A stretch of 64,000 bases of DNA from Peptococcaceae bacterium BICA1-8 (GTDB taxonomy: Bacteria > Bacillota > Peptococcia > Peptococcales > BICA1-8): assembly GCA_000802045.1 (NCBI GenBank), contig JUEF01000135.1:8287-72286 (forward strand). Direction: 5' to 3'. The position numbers and the translations under genes were made by a program. The notes beneath the pieces are model-generated. The model was not told the DNA's origin and searched no databases. It worked only from the letters and a program-made list of their open reading frames with translations. Below are positions 52,928 through 61,849 of the stretch, in pieces. The first letter of the stretch is position 1, and each line of letters begins with the position of its first letter.

Positions 52928-53926
52928 GTGATCAATGTGAAAATTAAAATATTAAAAGTTTTAAGCAATTCGGAGGATTTTATTTCCGGGGAACGATTAA
53001 GTGAATTATGTGGTGTATCCCGTACTGCCATTTGGAAGAATATTAATAGTCTTAAAGAAGAAGGTTATGAGATAGAAACACAACCACGTTGGGGATATCG
53101 GCTGATAAGCCGGCCAGATGCTTTATTAAAGACAGAGATACTCAACAATCTGCAAACTGAAAAATGGGGAAAGGAATTTTTATTTACCTTTGATGAAGTT
53201 GATTCAACAAATGCTCTAGCTAAAGCATATGCAGCTTCAGGTAAACCAGAAGGAACTGTTGTTATTGCTGAAAAACAGCGGCAGGGTAAAGGGAGACTAG
53301 GTAGAGCCTGGGATTCTCCTAAAGGAAAAGGAATTTGGGTTTCAGTCCTTTTGCGTCCTGAGATTCCACCTACTAGTGCTCCACAAATTTCATTTGTTTT
53401 AGCAGTAGGTATGGTTAGAGCTTTAGAAAAAGCTCTGGGAGTTAACGCAGGAATAAAGTGGCCCAATGATATACTTATTAATAAGCAAAAAGTAGCAGGT
53501 ATTTTAACGGAGTTATCAGCAGAAATCGAAAGGGTAAATTATATTGTCTTTGGAATAGGGGTAAATGTTAACCAAGGCAAGGAGGAATTTCCTGAAAAAT
53601 TTAGGGATAATGCTACCTCATTAAAAATAGCTTTAGGCCATTTAGTATCTAGAGTTCAAGTTTTTCAAGCCATGCTTGAGGAAATAGAAAAAACTTATAA
53701 TCAATATTTAGAGCAGGGTTTCTCTTTTATTATAGAAGAATGGAAAAGAAATTCGGTGACTCTGGGGGAAGATGTACTAATAATAATGCCTCAGGAAAGA
53801 TTAGAAGGGAAAGCAGTTGATGTGGATAGGGACGGTTTTCTAATTGTAAGAGATAACAACAATGACTTACATCGCATCCTTGTTGGTGATGTGTCATTAA
53901 GAAATTCACAAGGGAAATATGCATAA
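52928..53926 (+). CDS. birA: Bifunctional biotin operon repressor / biotin-protein ligase
   Basis: N-terminal HTH (ISGERLSELCGVSRTAIWKNI) and ligase motif GKGRLGRAW. Start is GTG 52928 or GTG 52937. Confidence 0.88.
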   Translation: MINVKIKILKVLSNSEDFISGERLSELCGVSRTAIWKNINSLKEEGYEIETQPRWGYRLISRPDALLKTEILNNLQTEKWGKEFLFTFDEVDSTNALAKAYAASGKPEGTVVIAEKQRQGKGRLGRAWDSPKGKGIWVSVLLRPEIPPTSAPQISFVLAVGMVRALEKALGVNAGIKWPNDILINKQKVAGILTELSAEIERVNYIVFGIGVNVNQGKEEFPEKFRDNATSLKIALGHLVSRVQVFQAMLEEIEKTYNQYLEQGFSFIIEEWKRNSVTLGEDVLIIMPQERLEGKAVDVDRDGFLIVRDNNNDLHRILVGDVSLRNSQGKYA

Positions 53927-54127
53927 AGTGATAGTGAAAAGTTTAATTATGAAGGATTTTGCTTTCCATGGGCGAATATTTTATAGTTAAGAATTTTCAG
54001 GAAAAATGCTAATGATTATAAATATAAATATAAATATTATGTGAAAAATGGTACCAACAAATTTAAGTTAGGCGTATAATTTGCTTATATGTTTATTAAA
54101 TTAAAGACAGGAAGGAGAGTAGATAAT

Positions 54128-55819
54128 ATGTATGACAAAGAGAAATTAGAAAAGATTAAACAAGACAATCGTAATTATGAAGCCGATTGGGAAAAAGGTG
54201 TTGAAAAACTAGCAGCTAAAGGTAAAAAGGGAGAGCGCAAGGATAAATTTGTGACAGGCTCAGGAGCTTCTGTAAATCAACTTTATACGCCCTTAGATAT
54301 TGATATTGATTATAGAAGTGAGATTGGTTTTCCCGGACAATACCCCTTTACTAGAGGGGTACAGCCTAATATGTATAGGGGTCGTTTCTGGACTATGCGT
54401 CAGTATGCCGGCTTTTCCTCGGCAGAAGAATCCAATGCTCGTTATAAATATTTATTAGAACAGGGTCAAACAGGGCTTTCCGTAGCTTTTGACCTACCAA
54501 CCCAAATAGGTTATGACTCAGATCATCCTATGTCTGAAGGTGAAGTAGGCAAAGTCGGAGTTGCCATTGACTCTTTAGCTGATATGGAAATTTTATTTAA
54601 CGGGATTCCTTTGGATAAAGTAAGTACCTCAATGACGATTAATGCACCTGCTTCTGTTTTATTGGCTTTTTACATAGCGGTTGGTGAAAAACAGGGTGTT
54701 ACACCAGATAAATTAAATGGTACAATTCAAAATGATATACTAAAAGAATACTCAGCTCGGGGAACTTATATCTTTCCGCCTACCCCATCCATGCGTTTGA
54801 TTACAGATATTTTTGACTTTTGTACTAGGAATGTCCCAAATTGGAATACAATTAGTATTTCTGGTTATCACATTAGAGAAGCAGGTTCAACTGCTTCTCA
54901 GGAAGTAGCCTTTACTTTAGCTGATGGTATTGCTTATGTTAATGCGGCTATTATTGCCGGGTTAGATGTTGATACCTTTGCTGGACGTTTATCATTTTTC
55001 TTTAACGCTCACAATGACCTGTTAGAGGAGGTTGCTAAATTTAGAGCTGCCCGCCGAATATGGGCTAAGCTAATGAAGGAACGTTTCAAGGCAAAAAGTG
55101 AACGTTCTATGATGCTCCGTTTTCATACTCAAACAGGGGGCTCAACCCTTACTGCACAACAGCCAGATAATAATATTGTTCGGGTTGCCATTCAAACCTT
55201 GGCTGCAGTACTAGGTGGCACCCAATCCTTACATACTAACTCAAAAGATGAAGCGTTAGCACTACCTGCAGAAGATTCAGTTCGCATAGCATTACGTACA
55301 CAACAAATTGTTGCCTATGAAAGTGGTGTTACTGAGACAGTAGATCCATTAGCTGGTTCATATTATGTAGAAGCTTTAACAAAGCGTATTGAGGATGAAG
55401 CCTGGGCTTACATCAATAAAATTGATGAATTAGGAGGAGCTGTTAAAGCAATAGAGCAGGGCTATATTCAAAAGGAAATTCAGGATGCTGCATATGAATA
55501 CCAAAAAGAAGTTGAAGCTGGCAAACGGGTTGTTGTCGGTATGAACAAATTTCAGATAAAAGAGAAACCACCCCAAGGACTTTTAAGAGTAGATCCAAGT
55601 ATGGGTTTTTTACAGGCTAAAAAGGTTGCGGAAATGAAGTCAAAGCGGGATGGTAATATGGTCCAAGCTATCCTTGATGAACTAAGGTCAGCAGCAAAAG
55701 GCAATGATAATATGATGCCCATCATGCTGAAGGCTGCCAAAGCTTATTGTACTGAGGGTGAAATATGTGATGTACTACGGGAAGTATTTGGTGAATACAC
55801 ACCAATTCAGGTACTTTAA
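54128..55819 (+). CDS. Methylmalonyl-CoA mutase, catalytic (large) subunit
   Basis: [10 protein letters not shown] and RQYAGF motifs. ATG at 54128 lies after GGAAGGAGAG; the ORF track starts at 54089. Confidence 0.9.
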   Translation: MYDKEKLEKIKQDNRNYEADWEKGVEKLAAKGKKGERKDKFVTGSGASVNQLYTPLDIDIDYRSEIGFPGQYPFTRGVQPNMYRGRFWTMRQYAGFSSAEESNARYKYLLEQGQTGLSVAFDLPTQIGYDSDHPMSEGEVGKVGVAIDSLADMEILFNGIPLDKVSTSMTINAPASVLLAFYIAVGEKQGVTPDKLNGTIQNDILKEYSARGTYIFPPTPSMRLITDIFDFCTRNVPNWNTISISGYHIREAGSTASQEVAFTLADGIAYVNAAIIAGLDVDTFAGRLSFFFNAHNDLLEEVAKFRAARRIWAKLMKERFKAKSERSMMLRFHTQTGGSTLTAQQPDNNIVRVAIQTLAAVLGGTQSLHTNSKDEALALPAEDSVRIALRTQQIVAYESGVTETVDPLAGSYYVEALTKRIEDEAWAYINKIDELGGAVKAIEQGYIQKEIQDAAYEYQKEVEAGKRVVVGMNKFQIKEKPPQGLLRVDPSMGFLQAKKVAEMKSKRDGNMVQAILDELRSAAKGNDNMMPIMLKAAKAYCTEGEICDVLREVFGEYTPIQVL

Positions 55820-55841
55820 TATCTGGTATTAGGAGGTTAGT

Positions 55842-56243
55842 ATGATGACTGAGAGGAAAATTAGAGTCCTGGTTGCTAAGCCAGGCTTAGATGGTCATGA
55901 TCGTGGTGCAAAAATAATTGCCCGTGCTTTTCGGGATGCTGGTTTTGAAGTTATCTATACAGGATTAAGGCAAACTCCTGAACAAATAGTTGCTGTTAGT
56001 ATTCAAGAAGACGTTGATGTGGTGGCTATTAGCTTATTATCCGGTGCCCACGGGACTTTGATGCCTAAAGTGGTTAAATTATTGCGAGAAAAGGGTGCAG
56101 ATGACAAACTAATAATCGGAGGTGGAGTAATACCAGATGATGATATTCCCGCTCTAAAAGAGGCGGGAGTAGCGGAAATATTTACTCCTGGCACACCTAC
56201 CTCTGTTCCCATTGAATTTATTAAAGCCAATGTCAGGCAATAA
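55842..56243 (+). CDS. Methylmalonyl-CoA mutase, cobalamin-binding (small) subunit
   Basis: B12-binding DxHxxG motif: [10 protein letters not shown]. Confidence 0.9.
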   Translation: MMTERKIRVLVAKPGLDGHDRGAKIIARAFRDAGFEVIYTGLRQTPEQIVAVSIQEDVDVVAISLLSGAHGTLMPKVVKLLREKGADDKLIIGGGVIPDDDIPALKEAGVAEIFTPGTPTSVPIEFIKANVRQ

Positions 56244-56273
56244 GATGATATTCTAGTAAAAGGCGGTGGAATA

Positions 56274-57212
56274 ATGGATTTGGTGCAACTGGTTAAGGAA
56301 GGCAATCGTGTTGCTATCGCCCGCCTCATAACAAAAGCTGAAAATGAAGCCCCAGAAGCCGCCATAGCCATGCGGCAACTTTATTCCGAAACAGGTAAGG
56401 CTTTTTTGATAGGCATCACTGGACCTCCAGGTTCAGGGAAAAGTACCTTGACCGACAAAATGGTTAAAGAGTTGCGTAAAAGAGGTAAGACTGTTGGAGT
56501 AATTGCTGTTGATCCCAGTAGTCCCTTTACTGGTGGGGCAATTCTTGGTGATAGAATTCGCATGTCAGATTTAGCTTTGGATGACGGGGTATTTATCAGA
56601 AGCATGGGCACAAGAGGCAGTTTAGGGGGCCTTTCCAAAGCAACCTATGATACTATAAAAATATTGGATGCTGCTGGATTTGAGTATATTTTAATTGAAA
56701 CTGTTGGTGTAGGCCAGTCGGAAGTTGATATTGTCAAGACTGCTGATACAACAGTTGTAGTTTCTGTTCCAGGGTTAGGTGATGATATTCAAGCTATAAA
56801 GGCTGGTATAATGGAGATCGGTGATGTATTTGTTGTCAATAAAGCTGATCGCGAAGGAGCAGAAAGAGTAGTTATAGAATTAGCTCAAATGCTGGAACTC
56901 AATGCAAATATGGGCGATTGGTTCCCGCCGATTCTAAAAACTGTAGCTGTCCGCAATGAAGGTATTGTGGAAGTAGTGGATAAGATTATGGAGCATCGAG
57001 AATTTTTGACATCTTCAGGTGAATTGCGCAACCGAAGAAAAGAAAGAATTAGTAATGAACTTTTTAATCTTATTTTAAAAAAGGTGTCAGCTAAAATTTC
57101 CACTAAGCTTTCTGAGGAAAATTTTTGGGATAGTCAACTGGATGAGATTATAGAAAATCAGAAAAATCCCTATGATGTTATAGACCGTGTTATAGACGGG
57201 ATATTACAATAA
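56274..57212 (+). CDS. meaB: Methylmalonyl-CoA mutase-associated G-protein chaperone (ArgK/MeaB)
   Basis: P-loop GPPGSGKST and NKAD specificity motif. Confidence 0.9.
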   Translation: MDLVQLVKEGNRVAIARLITKAENEAPEAAIAMRQLYSETGKAFLIGITGPPGSGKSTLTDKMVKELRKRGKTVGVIAVDPSSPFTGGAILGDRIRMSDLALDDGVFIRSMGTRGSLGGLSKATYDTIKILDAAGFEYILIETVGVGQSEVDIVKTADTTVVVSVPGLGDDIQAIKAGIMEIGDVFVVNKADREGAERVVIELAQMLELNANMGDWFPPILKTVAVRNEGIVEVVDKIMEHREFLTSSGELRNRRKERISNELFNLILKKVSAKISTKLSEENFWDSQLDEIIENQKNPYDVIDRVIDGILQ

Positions 57213-57250
57213 AAATTTGGTTAAATTTAATCAAAGGAGGTTAAAATGGG

Positions 57251-57655
57251 ATGCAGGTTTTAAAAATAGATCATATTGGAATTGCTGTAAAAAACTTAGA
57301 AGAAAGTCTAAGTTTTTATACTGATGTTCTAGGTCTTAAATGTCAAGGAATAGAACTAGTTGAAGAACAAAAAGTAAAAGTTGCTTTTCTACCTTGTGGT
57401 GAAAGTGAACTAGAATTATTGGAATCGACATCACCTGAGGGACCAATAGCAAGATTTATTGAAAAAAATGGCGAGGGTATTCAGCATATTGCTCTACAAG
57501 TTGAGAACATTGAAGAAGCATTAGAATATCTAAAAGAGCAGGGTATGCGTCTAATAGATGAAAAACCCCGTTATGGTGCCGGTGGGGCTAAGATAGCCTT
57601 CCTTCACCCGAAAGCTACAAAAGGAATACTTTTAGAGTTATCTGAAAGGGCGTAG
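57251..57655 (+). CDS. mce: Methylmalonyl-CoA epimerase (VOC/glyoxalase fold)
   Basis: IDHIGIAV...GIQHIAL pattern, 134 aa, in the mutase/decarboxylase cluster. Confidence 0.88.
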   Translation: MQVLKIDHIGIAVKNLEESLSFYTDVLGLKCQGIELVEEQKVKVAFLPCGESELELLESTSPEGPIARFIEKNGEGIQHIALQVENIEEALEYLKEQGMRLIDEKPRYGAGGAKIAFLHPKATKGILLELSERA

Positions 57656-57692
57656 ATTATATTTTAGAAAGAAGTGAGGGGAGTTTCCAAAC

Positions 57693-59243
57693 ATGAGTAC
57701 TCGAGCAAAATTAGAAGAACTACGGTTAAGAAACCAAGAAATTGAGCTAGGTGGTGGCGCCAAGGCCATAGAAAAACAGCATGAGCGAGGTAAATATACG
57801 GCTCGCGAGCGTTTAACGCTGCTTTTTGATGAAGGCTCTTTTACGGAGCTGGATAAGTTTGTTACACACCGCTGCGTTAATTTTGGTATGGAAAATATTT
57901 CTACACCAGCTGAAGGTGTTGTTACCGGTTATGGTACTATTGATGGAAGATTAGTTTATGCTTTTGCTCAAGACTTTACAGTGGTAGGTGGTTCTTTAGG
58001 AGAAATGCATGCCAAGAAAATCTGTAAAGTATTAGACTTAGCGTTAAAAATGGGCGCTCCCTGTATTGGTATAAATGATTCTGGTGGAGCCCGAATCCAA
58101 GAAGCGGTAGATGCTCTTAGCGGTTATGGTGATATTTTCTATCGAAATACTATTGCTTCCGGTGTAATACCGCAGATTTCTGTAATTATGGGACCCTGTG
58201 CAGGGGGAGCGGTATACTCCCCAGCAATAACCGATTTTGTATTCATGGTTAAAAATACTTCTCAAATGTTTATAACCGGACCGCAGGTTATTAAGGCAGT
58301 AACCGGAGAAGAGGTAAGTGCTGAAAAGCTAGGTGGAGCCATGACTCATAACAGTGTTAGTGGGGTTGCTCACTTTGCCGCAGAAAATGAAGAAGACTGC
58401 ATATTGCAGATCCGGGCTTTACTAAGCTATATTCCCAACAACAATTTAGAGGAAGCACCAGTCTTTGATACCGGTGATGATCCTGAACGTCGGGATGAAA
58501 CTCTAAATGATATTATACCCGATAACCCCAATGCTCCTTATGATATCAAAGACGTAATAATAAAAATTGCTGATAGTGGCGAGATCTTTGAAGTGCAGCC
58601 CTATTATGCTCAGAATATAGTCACCGCCTATATCCGACTAAATGGGAAAAGTATAGGAGTTATAGCCAACCAACCCAAATTTATGGCTGGTTGCTTAGAC
58701 ATTAATGCTAGTGATAAATCAGCAAGATTTATTCGTTTCTGTGATGCTTTCAATATTCCAATATTAACTGTAGTAGATGTTCCAGGATTTTTACCTGGGG
58801 TCAACCAGGAATTTGGCGGTATAATTCGCCATGGTGCTAAAATGCTCTATGCTTATTCGGAAGCAACTGTACCCAAAGTTACCTTAATTACCAGAAAGGC
58901 TTATGGGGGAGCTTATATCGCGATGTCTTCACGCCACCTGGGAGGTGACCAGGTAATTGCCTGGCCTACAGCTGAGATTGCCGTTATGGGTGCTGGAGGT
59001 GCTGCAAACATCATTTTCCGTAAGGATATTGAAGCTGCTCAAGATAAAGAAGCCAAACGAACTGAAATAATTAAGCAGTATGAAGAACGATTTGCTACAC
59101 CTTATGTTGCCGCTGAAAGAGGTTATGTGGACATGGTTATCGAGCCTGCTGTAACAAGACCAGTTCTAATAAACGCTTTTGAAATGCTATCTACCAAACG
59201 GGAAACCCGTCCTGCCAAAAAACACGGCAATATTCCTTTGTAA
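57693..59243 (+). CDS. mmdA: Methylmalonyl-CoA decarboxylase alpha subunit / acyl-CoA carboxyltransferase
   Basis: 516-aa carboxyltransferase fold (GGARIQE, GPCAGGAVYSPA). Confidence 0.9.
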   Translation: MSTRAKLEELRLRNQEIELGGGAKAIEKQHERGKYTARERLTLLFDEGSFTELDKFVTHRCVNFGMENISTPAEGVVTGYGTIDGRLVYAFAQDFTVVGGSLGEMHAKKICKVLDLALKMGAPCIGINDSGGARIQEAVDALSGYGDIFYRNTIASGVIPQISVIMGPCAGGAVYSPAITDFVFMVKNTSQMFITGPQVIKAVTGEEVSAEKLGGAMTHNSVSGVAHFAAENEEDCILQIRALLSYIPNNNLEEAPVFDTGDDPERRDETLNDIIPDNPNAPYDIKDVIIKIADSGEIFEVQPYYAQNIVTAYIRLNGKSIGVIANQPKFMAGCLDINASDKSARFIRFCDAFNIPILTVVDVPGFLPGVNQEFGGIIRHGAKMLYAYSEATVPKVTLITRKAYGGAYIAMSSRHLGGDQVIAWPTAEIAVMGAGGAANIIFRKDIEAAQDKEAKRTEIIKQYEERFATPYVAAERGYVDMVIEPAVTRPVLINAFEMLSTKRETRPAKKHGNIPL

Positions 59244-59358
59244 AAACTGACTAAGTGTCAGTTTTAAGGCTAAGGCTAAGGCCTGTGTTTATGTGTTTCC
59301 ATTGTTGTATATTTCTGGGCACTGAACACCAGTCACCGGGCACGATAACCCGAAAAAT
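59243..59358 (+). repeat. Repeat insertion inside the mmd operon: hairpin, AAGGCT x3 and a CTGGGCACTG...CACGATAACCCGAAAAAT cassette
   Basis: AAAACTGAC-TAAGT-GTCAGTTTT (59243-59265). AAGGCTAAGGCTAAGGCC (59266-59283). Cassette at 59315-59358. Confidence 0.85.
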
Positions 59359-59404
59359 CCACTATCACACTAAAACACTTACGTTACAAGGAGGGGATTA
59401 CAGA

Positions 59405-59749
59405 ATGATAATATATGGGTTAAAGGTTGCTTTGTTAGGGATGGGTATAGTTTTTGTCGCATTATTAATTTTGATGTTTTTGATTCAGGTCCAATCCAGT
59501 TTCCTAGCACCAAAGCCCAAAAGGAAAGAAGAACTGAAAATAGCAGATAACTCTAATAAAGAACAGTCACTGGCTGTTGAAATAGTAGAAAATGATGATA
59601 CTGATGAAATTGCAGCAGTAATCTCGGCAGCCATAGCCGCCTGTGGTCAACAGGTTGTTATCAAAGCTATTACTCGTATTTCCGGAACAGACGGTTCGGC
59701 TTGGGCCCAAAGAGGTCGTACTGAAGCTATGAACCTGCGTCAACTATAA
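59405..59749 (+). CDS. OadG-like gamma/delta subunit of the Na+-translocating decarboxylase
   Basis: N-terminal TM helix LKVALLGMGIVFVALLILMFLI. ATG at 59405 lies 7 nt after GGAGGGG. The listed ORF start at 59255 reads through the repeats. Confidence 0.7.
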   Translation: MIIYGLKVALLGMGIVFVALLILMFLIQVQSSFLAPKPKRKEELKIADNSNKEQSLAVEIVENDDTDEIAAVISAAIAACGQQVVIKAITRISGTDGSAWAQRGRTEAMNLRQL

Positions 59750-59775
59750 TAAAGCAGATTGGAAGGAGAATGAAG

Positions 59776-60162
59776 ATGAGAAAGTTTAACATAACTGTTA
59801 ATGGAAAAACCTATGAAGTAGAAGTGGAAGAAGTGGGGGGGGTTGCAGCTCCAGTTAGAATGGCACCAATTAGTGCACCTAAAGCTAGCGTACCAGCTGC
59901 GCCAACCCCGGCAGCAGCACAACCTAAGACTCAAGCTCCGGTAACTGGTGGAGAATCGGTAACAGCTCCAATGCCCGGTAAAGTATTTAAGGTTATTAAA
60001 GGCGAGGGAACGCAGGTTAAAAATGGCGAAGTAGTTATGATTTTAGAAGCGATGAAAATGGAAAACGAAATTACAGCTCCTGTAGATGGGACTGTTCAAC
60101 AAATCACGGCCAAAGAAGGAGCTGCCGTTAATCCTGGTGATGTTTTGTTTATAATTGGCTAG
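59776..60162 (+). CDS. mmdC: Biotin carboxyl carrier subunit
   Basis: Biotinylation motif EAMKMENEI and an Ala/Pro-rich linker. ATG at 59776 lies 7 nt after AAGGAG. Confidence 0.85.
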   Translation: MRKFNITVNGKTYEVEVEEVGGVAAPVRMAPISAPKASVPAAPTPAAAQPKTQAPVTGGESVTAPMPGKVFKVIKGEGTQVKNGEVVMILEAMKMENEITAPVDGTVQQITAKEGAAVNPGDVLFIIG

Positions 60163-60229
60163 TGCTCCTATAGGACAAGCATTAATACCAATAACTTTTT
60201 AAAGCAGAGAGAGGAGTTGAACTAGCTTA

Positions 60230-61405
60230 ATGGATTACCAAATGGACCTGGGTAAGGCTCTTATACAGCTTATTAATAGCACAGGTTTTCTGACTATCAG
60301 TATAGGGCAAATAATAATGATAATTATATCTTTTATTTTATTATATTTGGCCATTGTTAAAAAATACGAACCATTACTTTTATTACCAATAGCTTTTGGA
60401 ATGCTGTTAACTAACTTTCCGGGAACTGGGATTATGGATCCACCCATCTATGACCCTAATGACTCACATAATGTATTGCAACCAGGGGGCTTGCTTTACT
60501 ATTTATACTTGGGAGTAAAGTTAGGTATTTATCCTCCCTTAATCTTCTTAGGTGTAGGGGCAATGACCGATTTCGGTCCCTTAATTGCAAATCCAAAAAC
60601 ATTGCTTTTGGGTGCAGCTGCCCAATTTGGTATATTCACAACTTTTATTGGTGCACTTTTTTTAGGTTTTACTCCCCAAGAAGCTTCTTCTATAGGTATA
60701 ATTGGTGGAGCTGACGGTCCAACGGCTATTTATTTAACAAGTAAACTAGCACCCCACCTTTTAGGGCCGATAGCTGTTGCTGCTTATTCCTATATGGCCT
60801 TGGTACCTATTATCCAGCCGCCAATTATGAAGGCTTTAACTACTAAAAAGCAGCGTCAGGTGGTTATGGAACAGTTACGTCCTGTTTCCAAGGTGGAAAG
60901 AGTTGTTTTCCCCATCATGGTTAGTATAGTTTGTGTTTTGTTCTTACCAAGTGCTGCACCATTAATTGGCATGCTCATGCTAGGGAACCTTTTTAGAGAA
61001 TCAGGTGTTGTAGAACGATTGAATGATACTGCCCAAAATGCCTTAATAAATATTGTAACTATCGCTTTAGGCACAACTGTAGGGGCAACTGCAACGGCAG
61101 CAAAGTTTTTGACACCTGCAACTCTTAAGATAATTGTTATGGGCTTGCTAGCCTTTTCCATTGGAACGGCTGCCGGGGTACTTTTAGGTCGTCTAATGTA
61201 TGTACTGACTGGTGGAAAAGTAAATCCTTTGATTGGTTCTGCAGGAGTGTCTGCTGTACCTATGGCTGCAAGGGTTTCGCAGGTAGTGGGACAAAAAGAA
61301 AATCCCCGCAATTTCCTATTAATGCATGCCATGGGACCTAATGTCGCCGGTGTTATCGGTTCTGCTGTGGCAGCAGGTGCCCTTTTATCCTTATTTGGTA
61401 GTTAA
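60230..61405 (+). CDS. mmdB: Na+-translocating decarboxylase beta subunit (OadB/MmdB family)
   Basis: Polytopic, 391 aa, with conserved OadB-family regions ([24 protein letters not shown]). Confidence 0.9.
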   Translation: MDYQMDLGKALIQLINSTGFLTISIGQIIMIIISFILLYLAIVKKYEPLLLLPIAFGMLLTNFPGTGIMDPPIYDPNDSHNVLQPGGLLYYLYLGVKLGIYPPLIFLGVGAMTDFGPLIANPKTLLLGAAAQFGIFTTFIGALFLGFTPQEASSIGIIGGADGPTAIYLTSKLAPHLLGPIAVAAYSYMALVPIIQPPIMKALTTKKQRQVVMEQLRPVSKVERVVFPIMVSIVCVLFLPSAAPLIGMLMLGNLFRESGVVERLNDTAQNALINIVTIALGTTVGATATAAKFLTPATLKIIVMGLLAFSIGTAAGVLLGRLMYVLTGGKVNPLIGSAGVSAVPMAARVSQVVGQKENPRNFLLMHAMGPNVAGVIGSAVAAGALLSLFGS

Positions 61406-61430
61406 ATATAATATTATTAATGCAAATTAT

Positions 61431-61466
61431 AAGAAGGATGACTTAGGTCATCCTTCTTAGTTTTAG
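61431..61466 (+). terminator. Intrinsic terminator after the mmd operon
   Basis: AAGAAGGATGAC-TTAG-GTCATCCTTCTT followed by AGTTTT. Confidence 0.7.
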
Positions 61467-61551
61467 ACAGCTATCTATGGAATTTATTTAAGACTATCTA
61501 AAGGAGAAAACAGTAACAATAAAGAATAGACTTTAGTATAAACAATAAGCT

Positions 61552-61596
61552 AAAAAAGTGACTAGTCACCAGTCACTAGTAACTAGTCACTTTTTT
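61552..61596. repeat. Perfect 15-bp-stem hairpin built from TAGTCAC-family words and flanked by A6/T6
   Basis: AAAAAAGTGACTAGT-CACCAGTCACTAGTA-ACTAGTCACTTTTTT, ending 21 nt before the next start codon. Confidence 0.85.
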
Positions 61597-61616
61597 AATA
61601 AGGGAGAGTGGTTTGA

Positions 61617-61823
61617 ATGATAAATAAAAATATGTCAATAACAGAACTACTACAAGCCCATCCGCAAACAGCCGGTATATTAAAAGAAGTAGGTATGGCG
61701 TGTTCTCTTTGTATGGGAGCCTCTACAGAAACCTTAGAACAGGGTATTAAAGCCCACGGTCTAAAACTAGAAGAAGTATTAAGACAGTTAAATGCTGTTA
61801 TAAATGAAAATAATGGTGTTTAA
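61617..61823 (+). CDS. DUF1858-type small protein (ScdA N-terminal-like; CxxC)
   Basis: 68 aa with the ITELLQAHPQTAGILKEVGMACSLCMGA pattern. Confidence 0.75.
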   Translation: MINKNMSITELLQAHPQTAGILKEVGMACSLCMGASTETLEQGIKAHGLKLEEVLRQLNAVINENNGV

Positions 61824-61849
61824 CTATTTGAAGCATATAGGAGAAAAAA

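Noticed and set aside
59255-59404. N-terminal 50 codons of the listed 164-aa ORF (MSVLRLRLRPVFMCFHCC...).
   Set aside because: This part is a read-through of the intergenic repeat block. A strong GGAGGGG RBS precedes the ATG at 59405, where the OadG-like TM helix begins.
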